Source of the DNA: Squalus acanthias | Taxonomy: Eukaryota | DNA length: 64,000 bases | Direction: 5' to 3' | Assembly (NCBI GenBank): GCA_030390025.1 | Contig: CM059431.1 | Location: 119,538,001 to 119,602,000, forward strand | In this document: positions 1 to 8,729 of the stretch, piece by piece | How positions within the stretch are numbered: the first letter of the stretch is position 1 | How the letters are laid out: each line of letters begins with the position of its first letter | Position numbers and translations under genes: made by a program | Notes under the pieces: model-generated | What the model saw: only the letters and a program-made list of their open reading frames with translations | Told to the model about the DNA's origin: nothing | Databases searched by the model: none

Positions 1-449
1 TTTTTGGCCATTAAATAATAGTTCAGGGGATGAATTTGGGCTGCGACCTCCCGCACCTGATTTCCCCTGGAACTCCCCAGTTGTTCTGGGTCTTGAGTGG
101 CCTAACCAGCGGTCCTTAAAGGGACCGCTGGGGACGCATCATAGAAAGGTAAGAACACTTTTAAATAGTTTTATTTCTGTGGAGCCAGGTTCTACAGTAG
201 AACCCCAGAGTGTCATAATTTTCCTTTTAGGACCCTTTCTTCTGGGGAGGAGGGGTGCTGGTCTACAGAAGTTTCCATAGGAAAAATGAATTAAGGGCAA
301 GTAAATAACACATGTGGAAATCTATTATTTTTTGCTTTGCTTTCTGCTTTAAAAGGTACAGCACAACATTCAATAATGACTAGGAGAACACAGAAATGAA
401 AGGGATACTAAAAGTACAAGCAAAAAAAGCTCCAGTAATACCACCATGA

Positions 450-1127
450 GGGTCAGCAAAATTCGGTTGCTTTGTGCCTCCCGTTAGTGCCCCAAGGGGG
501 TGCTAACGGGATGCAAAGCAACTAGTGCCCTGGCGCAGCGCCGCTAATGCCTTCAGCGGGAGGTTAGCGGCGGCGGTAGCCGGTAGAGTGTGCCTCCGGC
601 GATGACGTAATCGTCGTGCACGGCGCCCAGCTGGCACCCTGGCTGCAAACTTGGATCACGCACCCTGATGTACCGCCGGACGCTATGTCCGACAGGGTCA
701 GGGGGGCGTACTTGCGGCCAGGGTGGCGATATTTAAAGAGCAGGTGCTGGGCAGCCAATTTTTTTGTGGGCCGCCTGCCAGCACCTGCCCCCTCTGCCCT
801 GCTCCACGCTCCGTCAGCCCGGCACTCCTCTTGAATGCCGTGTTCTTTTGCCAGCACCCCACTCCCTGGTGGGCCCAGCAGGGCCCCGCCTCACGCTGCG
901 CAAGGCCCCTCCCATTATTAAAAGGAGGGAGGCCTGCAGTACCGCGGCGCTATGTACCGGCGCGTGTGGCGCTGCAGCACGTAGCGGTGCGATATTGAAC
1001 TGGAGTGCCCCAAGAGGGAAGGGGAGCGCTTTCAGAAGCGCCCCGCCTCCTGCTTGGGGCGCTACCATTCAATTTCGGGTGCAGGGGCCACTAACTTTTT
1101 CAGGGCGCGACCCAACCTTTCCCCCCT
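450..1127. mobile_element. GC-rich non-autonomous DNA transposon (PIF/Harbinger-like MITE), related to 62804-63696
   Basis: Left end GCCTCCCGTTAGT...GCTAACGGG resembles 62825-62860; CpG-rich interior in AT-rich flanks; termini degenerate. Confidence 0.5.
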
Positions 1128-2059
1128 AATGTCTAAACACACAAATGCTGAGGTGCAGAATGTTATTTTCCTGAAGCATAGGATCACAAAAATGTTTGGA
1201 ATAAGAAAAGGTCATTTGGCTCTTCCTGCAGACCATATATGATTACTGTATCCTTCTCTCACATTCTCAAGCTGAGTCATCCTGGGTAATACTTCTATGA
1301 AGATTAAAGTCTGTGAAATTTCTTGATCACTCACTGAAACAAAAACCTTCAAGACTTGATTGAAATGTTAAAACTGGCCTGTAGTATTTAACGTTCAACA
1401 ATTGAATTCTACAGATGATGGACTGTACATTCTCAGTAGCGCATAACTATTGTGTTTTTTATAGTATTTGATCATCTATGATTTTTCAATCTTGTTTTTA
1501 ATCAGATATTTATCCAGCTCTTTTTTTTAAAGGAGCTAATAAGCCAACATCACATTAATTCCTGTGCTGGGACTCGATACTATTGTAAAGAAAAAATTTG
1601 ATTTTATTCTCACTTGAGGCTAACTTTTTTTTCTCACCAATCATTTTCACTTACCTCTCTTGAAGACACCTGGGGCAATTTATGGTGACTCTGCGCCTAG
1701 CATTGAGTCTCACTCAGTGGGTACACAGATTCGAAAATTGGGTGCAGAGATCAACGTGGCCAATTTGCAACCCTGCTGATTTTTTGGTCATTCATTTTAA
1801 TGATTGGAAAACCAGGAGTGGTGCAAATTTGATGTGCTCACCTCTGTGCCCAATTCTCCAATCTGCTCTCTTGCCAAGTGAGACGCCACTCCAGAAGTGG
1901 AGTACCTGACAATTTACCTATTTGAGTTTCACTGGTGCAGGTATCTCATCCAAGGGGCCATTGTAAATCTTGATGGTGTGTGTTGGCAAGGTATTTGACC
2001 ACTATATATCAATAAAGAGTGAAACCAACAACAAGGAAGAGAAACAAACCAGCAAAACG

Positions 2060-2960
2060 AGAGCGATTACAAAGTGCAGAGCAGTCCCTGAGCAGGAAAG
2101 AGACCTAGATGTTATAGAACATGAATCTCTAATGTCACAAGGCTTTAGATATAACAAAAGCAAATGGACAATAGGACAATCCAATATGAAACAAAAAGCA
2201 CTACATTGTCCTTGTATAAAATGTTGATTAGGCCTTGTCTAGAATACAGTGTCCACATTTGTTCCCCTCACATAGTGGGTGATTCAGAGGTACTAGAAAA
2301 GGTTCAGAAGAGGGCCACTAGGCTGACACCTAGCTCATTAGCACTTAGGTACCATGATAGGCTTGGTGCCATGATAGGCTTGGCGAGCTGAGTCGCTTTA
2401 CTCTATAAATGTATAGGCTTTGAGGAGATTTGATTGTGGTCTTTAAAATAATGAAGGGACTCGACTGTGTTCATGATGATAGATTATTTGTTTTAGATAG
2501 ATTATGGAGAACCAGGGGACATGCGTATAAATTTATTAAGTATAGAACAAAGCTAAATGGCAGGAAGTTTTTCTATTTGCAAAGTATAATTAGCCTTGTT
2601 AAGAATACTGTGTCCAAATTGTCAGCTCCTGCAAAAAGTGCGGATTCACTGCAAGCATTCAAAAGGAAGTTGAACAATTCCTGACTATGGCTGATATCAC
2701 AGTATACAAAAGCTTGGTGAGGTATTGTGCCTTATGGGCACGGTGTTTTCCTGGAACTCATTTTGATTGCTCTTGGAGGATCAGAGAGGTATTTCCCAGA
2801 TTTATTTTCCCCCTGAATTGGCCTAGGATTTACTTTACATGTTTAATTTTGCCTCTCCCAGGAGTTTACAAGGCTGTTGTCATTGAGAGTCATTGTGGAT
2901 TATGATGCGCAGTTGCAACATAATAGTAACGGACAGGCTCGAAGGACCAGCTGGTCTATT
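2060..2960 (+). mobile_element. Old, degenerate CR1-type LINE 3' fragment
   Basis: Frameshifted ORF2 C-terminal motifs LYKMLIRPCLEYSV...LEKVQKRATRL and RTRGHAYK. Confidence 0.75.
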
Positions 2961-3014
2961 TGTGTCCATTATTTTTGAAGAGTTTGTGGGAGCTGGCAGC
3001 AGTGAAAGGGAATA

Positions 3015-3685
3015 CATAGGATTACATAGGATATACAGCACAGAAACAGGCCATTCGACCCAACCAGACCATGCCGGTGTTTATGCTCCACTCGAGCTCC
3101 TCCCGTCTTTCCTCATCTAAATCTATCAGCAAAACCCTCTATTTCCTTCTCCCTCATATGTTTGTCCAGCCTCCCCTTAAATGCATCTATACTATTCGCT
3201 TCAACCACTCCCTGTAGTAGCGAGTTCCACATTCTCACCACTCTTTGGGTAAAGAAGTTTTTTCTGAATTCCCTATTGGATTTCTTGGTGACTATCTTAT
3301 ATTGATGGCCTCTGGTTATGCTCTTCCCCACAAGTGGAAACATTCTATATCTACTCCATCAAAACCTTTCATAATTTTAAAGACCTCTATTAGGTCACCT
3401 CTCAGCCTTCTTTTTTTCCAAGAGAAAAGAGACCCAGCCTGTTCATCCTTTCCTGATATGTATCCCCTCGCATTTCTGGTATCATCCTTGTAAATCTTCT
3501 CTGCACCCTCTCCAGTGCCTCTATATCCTTTTTATAATATGACAACCAGAACTGCACGCAGTACTCCAAGTGTGGTCTAACCAAGGTTCGATACAGGTTT
3601 AGAATAACTTCCCTACTTTTCAATTCTATCCCTCTCGAAATAAACCCTCGTGCTTGGTTTGTATTTTTAATGGCCTTGCTAACCT
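3015..3685 (-). mobile_element. CR1 LINE 3' fragment
   Basis: Minus-strand LYRTLVRPHLEYCVQFW...LERVQRRFTRMIP and TRGHQYK...FFTQRVVRMWNSL; CATAGGAT tail repeat near 3015-3035. Confidence 0.85.
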
Positions 3686-4829
3686 GTGGCAGAATAGATA
3701 CCCGGCTGAAATCTAATTGAAGAGGTTAGGTAACATCATAAACCAAGAAGATGGAGTAGTTTATAATTGTAATGTGTACCTCACTTTAGATAATAGATTT
3801 GATATTACCTAAGGGATCTGCTATTTATGGCGTATATAGTAAATTAAAGTGTTGATTAACATTGGTACAAAACCCATTTCTGTGCTGTCAGTGCTCTTTG
3901 ATCCACTGTATGATTAGCAACACTCATTTACTCACTGCAGTGTTATTTAGGATTGCAGTTAATTACTGGAAAGTTATACGGACAGTAATTTCATGGCTAT
4001 GAAATTATGCCTGGGATGTTAATGTATGAATGCTTAAGATATTTGTTTGAAACTCCTCTCCCCACTATTTTGGCAGAGGCATTAACCCATTTATTTAAAC
4101 TATGGATTCACATGATAGTAGCTAAGGAAATATACATCAAGCCCCCTCAGCCAAACATGGGACAATATATTGCAAACCACAGAAAAGTCTAATCTTAATC
4201 TTGGAAAGGCGCTTCCTCTGGATTCAAGAAGCTCTTGATAGTGTGTTTATTCCAAGGGTAGTGCAAACCTTTGCAAAATAACCCAACACCTACTAAATCA
4301 ATCTTCTGCTAGTCTGACAGTTGAAGAGCAATGAGTACACTCACTGAAAAAAACATAAAGCTGAGCCTCAGGCAGGTAGGTTTGAAGTCCACTAAATCCA
4401 CGTCATGGTTGTCTCCAGAAAGTCAGTTATTTTCATATGCTTCTTTCGACTCCTGTTTTCAAGGTCAGCAGCCTTGAAATCTCTTTTGTCTTGCTAGTTT
4501 GACTTTTGATTCACCATAACAACTATACAATCCTGAAACCAGACACCCATTGACAATTTCACTCTCTGACAGAATCATCTCATTGGGAAGATCATTGCAC
4601 ATCATTTCAAATGTTATAAAGATGAATACCGTACGCTTGAAAGTGCTTCTCAGGCTTTCTTTGTTCCTGTATTTTCTTAAAACTTTTGGTCTAAAGAGTA
4701 ACACTTGGCATTTTCATGGAACCTGCCCTCCAGTGACATCTTGAAAAGGATGTTTTATCCATACCTGTCTATTCCTATGTCCAACATCTGATCCCAAGTG
4801 GTTTCAAAGTATAGCTCATGACATAACAA

Positions 4830-4917
4830 CAGAAAATGCTGGAAATACTCAGCAGGTCAGGCAGCATCTGTGAAGAGAGAAACAGAGTTAACGTTTCAGG
4901 TCGATGACGAAAGGTCA
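4830..4917 (-). mobile_element. Short Penelope-like terminal-repeat fragment
   Basis: Near-identical to 5125-5205 (AAATGCTGGAAATACTCAGCAG.TCAGGCAGCATC). Confidence 0.65.
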
Positions 4918-5120
4918 ATTTTACTGCTGATCCGTTCACTCAATACAAATTAATTAACAAGCATGAAAACAGCTAATCACAGCACACCATAAATCATGCC
5001 CTGTTAACAGGTCGAAAGGAGCTCAATTGCCAGTTAACTTGTCTCAATGGCATTTAGTTCATTCATTCAGTCCACAACATATTTCATTTAATCGCAGAAT
5101 GAAGATTTATAAAAATAAAC

Positions 5121-5276
5121 ACAAAAAATGCTGGAAATACTCAGCAGATCAGGCAGCATCTTTGGAGAGAGAAACAGGGTTAACATTTCAGGCTGATGAC
5201 CTTTCATCAGAACTGGCAAAAGTTAGAGATGTAACAGGTTTTAAGCAAGTACAGAGGCAGGGGAAGTGGGAGGGGA
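5121..5276 (-). mobile_element. Penelope-like element, 3' part (split by the provirus)
   Basis: Continuous with 17929 onward once the provirus and one GGGA copy are removed; hammerhead-like core on the minus strand at about 5177-5214. Confidence 0.75.
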
Positions 5277-5394
5277 TGTAGAATTCGCAATTATCGCGAT
5301 TTCATTTTATTAAGGAGAAAACACAAGTTTCATTCAAAACAGCTTTTATTTCAGCGGAATGCTGTCAGGTTTAAATTGGACACAAGCAGCCTGT

Positions 5395-5457
5395 AAAATG
5401 GCCGCCGCACCGCGTGACAGAACATTCGAGACTTTTCGGCAGGCAGACAAGATGGCG
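5395..5457 (+). promoter_or_regulatory. Two YY1-like motifs in U3
   Basis: AAAATGGCCGCC (5395-5406) and AAGATGGCG (5449-5457); both ATGGC cores are retained in the solo LTRs at 26651 and 44792. Confidence 0.45.
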
Positions 5458-5840
5458 TTCCAATAAACATTTTTGCAGGATCGATAACGATTCAGCACAG
5501 TGAAGACAATACACAGGACATTATGGGTTTACAGTATAAACATCGATACTGGAATCGGTCTCCCAGGTACAAAGGAAAGCCATCAAGGGCCCATCCAAAG
5601 GACATTAATATGTAAACTCCCAACGGCTCTACGATGAGAGAGCCGTTAGCAGGTAGTTATACAGGACACTTGGAAGCCCCAAACCCCTCCAGGGGGAACA
5701 CCGACCGATTTAACAATGGGAGAAGTATTAGCAGGTACTCAAACATTCAGGAGTAGCCCCGAAACCCATTAAAGACAGAGATCACCCATACAGGACTTTT
5801 TGGGCGCCAAACCTTAAACAAAAGAATGGACATTATAGTT

Positions 5841-5872
5841 GGGCGGGAAACGGAAGAACTGTGCACTATAAT
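5841..5872 (+). promoter_or_regulatory. Candidate LTR core promoter (GC box, ETS-like CGGAAG, TATA-like TATAAT)
   Basis: GGGCGGGA 5841-5848, CGGAAG 5851-5856, TATAAT 5867-5872; GCACTATAA is conserved in the two related solo LTRs. Confidence 0.45.
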
Positions 5873-6917
5873 TGCAGGCCCAAACCGTCCATTCTGTCTC
5901 TTGACTCTTGATTCTTGCTCCTGCCTCGTGTTCGTGACTCTTGCCGCTTGCTGCTGTTATCATCGTGGCTGCTCCTGTGTTTTATCCGGTCGATTCGTAA
6001 CCTCGTGGCTGCTCCTGGGTAAAAGACTGTTGCAAAGACCTATGTTGGTAGCTGGCAGCGGAACCGAAGGCCCGGGATGAGATGAGATGAGATGAGATAA
6101 GAGGAGAAGAGAAGAAGACCTTATCCATCGCCACGGTCAGTAAATCCCGACCGCGCCTGTAGGTCGATCAGCCAAGTCTTCTTGACAGGAAGTTCTCTTC
6201 TTTAACAAAACATATTGCATCGATGATAACTGGACTGTGCAAACACATCGTATCAGCGATATTGACAACGGTGCTCCACCATACCCTGTATCCAACCAAC
6301 AGAGGTCTTCACTACAGCGGACGGTCCAGCCGACTGACCGAGCAGCAGAAGCAGTAAACAAGTGGGACCAGGAGATCTCCTGACCAACACGTGGGTGCTG
6401 CGGTGAAAAACATCCGATCAGCTATTCGGGATTTTCTCCGAGTTATTACGAGTGGTGAGCATGAGTCTCGGGATCCTACGAAGCTAGTTTTAGGATAGTT
6501 ATTGATAGGGGAGGGTTGAAAGTTTAAGGATATTTGTAATGTGTGCCCTATTTACGTTGTGCTGGTCGTTCCTCGTTTCCCTAAGAGTGATTATAACTGT
6601 TTGTAAGATTGTACTGTCATTCATCTGTGCATATGACATGTATTTCATAATTTTAAGTATCATGCAATAAAGATTTTCCATTTCGTACCGTTCAAACCAA
6701 GTCTACATGAGTTTTATCTCCATTACTGCTCTCGCATCTAAGTCCAGTGTCTAGAACCGTAAGGGAGAGTGATTCGAACCACTCACAGGGGTGTCTAGTG
6801 TTCCCAGACTGGCTGGAGACCAGGCCTAGACCCGCACTGACATACAGGCTGCACAGAGCCGCGTGAACCTCACAGGTTACGAGACACGCAGGGTCAGGAG
6901 AGTATCCCTTACAGAAA

Positions 6918-8729
6918 ATGGCGACCGCGGCAGGACATTGGCAGCGAGAGGGTGGTGTGTTGGATTTTGGAATGACTGTACGAAATGTGATGCAGGAAAA
7001 GATAGCGGATTACGTGTTTGGAAAGGTTAATCTAACGAAAAAGTGGATAAGCGAATTGTTAGCGGATAAGAGCCCACTAGAGGCAGCTGAAAGGTGGACG
7101 GATAGTAAGGAGCATAAAAAGGCAGTTGAGAAAGCAGTCTGGCTTATGTGCTACAAAAGGCAGGTCCAGATTTCAAACCAGACCAATACAGCGCTAACCG
7201 CTCGAATCAAGCAGTTAGAGGAGGAAATGGAGGAGAAGGTTTCTGGAGGGGAGGTGCTCATTAAGAGTTTAAATGAGTTACGCCAGGAAAGCCAGGAAGT
7301 CTCCAGCTACCTTAAAACAAGGGTAGAGTATCTCGAGTGCCAGATCACTGAAGCAAAATTAAACGAGAATAGGATGAAGGAAAGATGTAACCGTCAAGCT
7401 GCCCAGATAAGAACTCAAGAAGAGAGCTTAATGGGGGTTAGGTCGGCGTATAAGTTGGCCCTTGAGGATAAGTTTCAGGGAGCCGACCATAGCGCCTGCG
7501 AAAAAGAGATAGAGAGCCTCAAAAGGGCCGTGAATAATGCGAACGGCATGGTGTGCCTTATTAATCCGTCGGCACGCCAGCCGCTAGTAAATGAGAGATT
7601 TAGAAATTCCCCACCAAGTAAAGCAGAAGAGGTAGTAGCCACTGCGCCCTCCGCGCCACCCAGCTATTCAGAAACCTGGGTTAGGGAGGAAGCAACGGAA
7701 GAAACAAAAGAGCCCGTTGAAAAGGAAGTAGAAAAGGGATCGTTGTATCCAGTAACGGGGATTAAAAGGGGCCCAAGCAGAAACGGTGGGGAAGAACCGG
7801 GGGATCTCCTCGGACAGCTGGTGTTGCCTCACAGTTCACATCAGCTGAGGGCTATGATAAACCACGTAAGGAAGCTGACCGAGATAGACGACCCTTCCGT
7901 ACATTTTAGGGAAGTTGAGCAAGCCGCAGCCATCAACGGCTGCGATGATGGGGAGACAGCAAAAATGCTGCTGTTCTCGTTAGATAGCTCGGTCCTTCAG
8001 TGTCTCTCAGGCGATAGCAAGAGGGGTAATAAAAGTTATGAGGAATTGAAAAATGAGGTCCTAGAAGTAGTGGGAGCGAACGACGGAGGTCCGTTTGCTA
8101 GAGTGGGACAGACAGTGCAGATGGAGGGAGAACCCCCGAAGGTTTTTGCCGACAGGCTGTGGCCAGTATATGAGCGCAGCTGTCTAGGTGCGCCCGAACG
8201 CGAAGATGTGGAAGGCGCCGCTTTAATTCATTGGCTTAGGTGCATAATAGCCAACAGTTTACCAGCCGTTAGAGAGCAGGCAAAAGCCTGGTTCGATCCC
8301 AATGACCTCAACCTTACGGAAGAGTCGGTCTTGAATCGACTCACGTTAGGTTACCGTAACATAAGGGGTATGGCAACACGTCCCTTTAAGGGAAGAGTAC
8401 ATGAGGTACGACCCGCAGCCCCGGCTCAAAGAGAGTGGCATCAGGAGGGTAATCGCGCCCCACCGGCAAGCAATGCCTGTTACGGGTGTGGGAAGACAGG
8501 GCACTGGCGCAAGCACTGCAGGAACCCTTGGAAGGATTCCAAGGATAAGAATCCCGCGGTCCGAGCCCAGGCGCCTGTCCCGGCTAAGGAAGCAAAGGTA
8601 CCCACCTCTCCCGAAGACCTCGAAGCAGTGTTAGGAGTCATGCGCAAGATGGTTTTAAATGCGCGTGGACAGGTGGCGGTCGCAACCGGCCCCGTAGGTG
8701 CCGCAGGACCGTCTAATAGTGCCCCATGA
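6918..8729 (+). CDS. gag: Gag polyprotein (603 aa)
   Basis: Long open frame right after the 5' LTR; coiled-coil-like N-terminal half, PSAPPSY late domains (7647-7667), capsid-like middle, CYGCGKTGHWRKHC zinc knuckle (8478-8519). Confidence 0.93.
   Translation: MATAAGHWQREGGVLDFGMTVRNVMQEKIADYVFGKVNLTKKWISELLADKSPLEAAERWTDSKEHKKAVEKAVWLMCYKRQVQISNQTNTALTARIKQLEEEMEEKVSGGEVLIKSLNELRQESQEVSSYLKTRVEYLECQITEAKLNENRMKERCNRQAAQIRTQEESLMGVRSAYKLALEDKFQGADHSACEKEIESLKRAVNNANGMVCLINPSARQPLVNERFRNSPPSKAEEVVATAPSAPPSYSETWVREEATEETKEPVEKEVEKGSLYPVTGIKRGPSRNGGEEPGDLLGQLVLPHSSHQLRAMINHVRKLTEIDDPSVHFREVEQAAAINGCDDGETAKMLLFSLDSSVLQCLSGDSKRGNKSYEELKNEVLEVVGANDGGPFARVGQTVQMEGEPPKVFADRLWPVYERSCLGAPEREDVEGAALIHWLRCIIANSLPAVREQAKAWFDPNDLNLTEESVLNRLTLGYRNIRGMATRPFKGRVHEVRPAAPAQREWHQEGNRAPPASNACYGCGKTGHWRKHCRNPWKDSKDKNPAVRAQAPVPAKEAKVPTSPEDLEAVLGVMRKMVLNARGQVAVATGPVGAAGPSNSAP
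6919..6936 (+). promoter_or_regulatory. Primer-binding site, tRNA-Arg(UCG) type
   Basis: TGGCGACCGCGGCAGGAC, 5 nt after the LTR end; it is the reverse complement of ...GTCCTGCCGCGGTCG-CCA, the vertebrate tRNA-Arg(TCG) 3' end as recalled (not searched). Confidence 0.85.

Larger units (their letters stand above)
5277..6913 (+). repeat. 5' LTR
   Basis: TGTAGAATTCGC...TCCCTTACA; direct repeat of 16292-17928 (offset 11015); three ORF-track translations are identical in both copies. Confidence 0.97.

Noticed and set aside
564..1242. Cluster of short overlapping ORFs
   Set aside because: By-product of a GC-rich MITE; no domain motifs.
5826..6681. 60-84 aa ORFs within the LTRs as accessory genes
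   Set aside because: Short, no motifs, not evidently preserved in related LTRs; duplication only reflects LTR identity.
6759..6912. A genuine tRNA gene on the minus strand of U5
   Set aside because: B-box/T-arm is present, but the span is about 150 nt with no clear D-arm, anticodon arm or T-run terminator; kept only as a structural motif.
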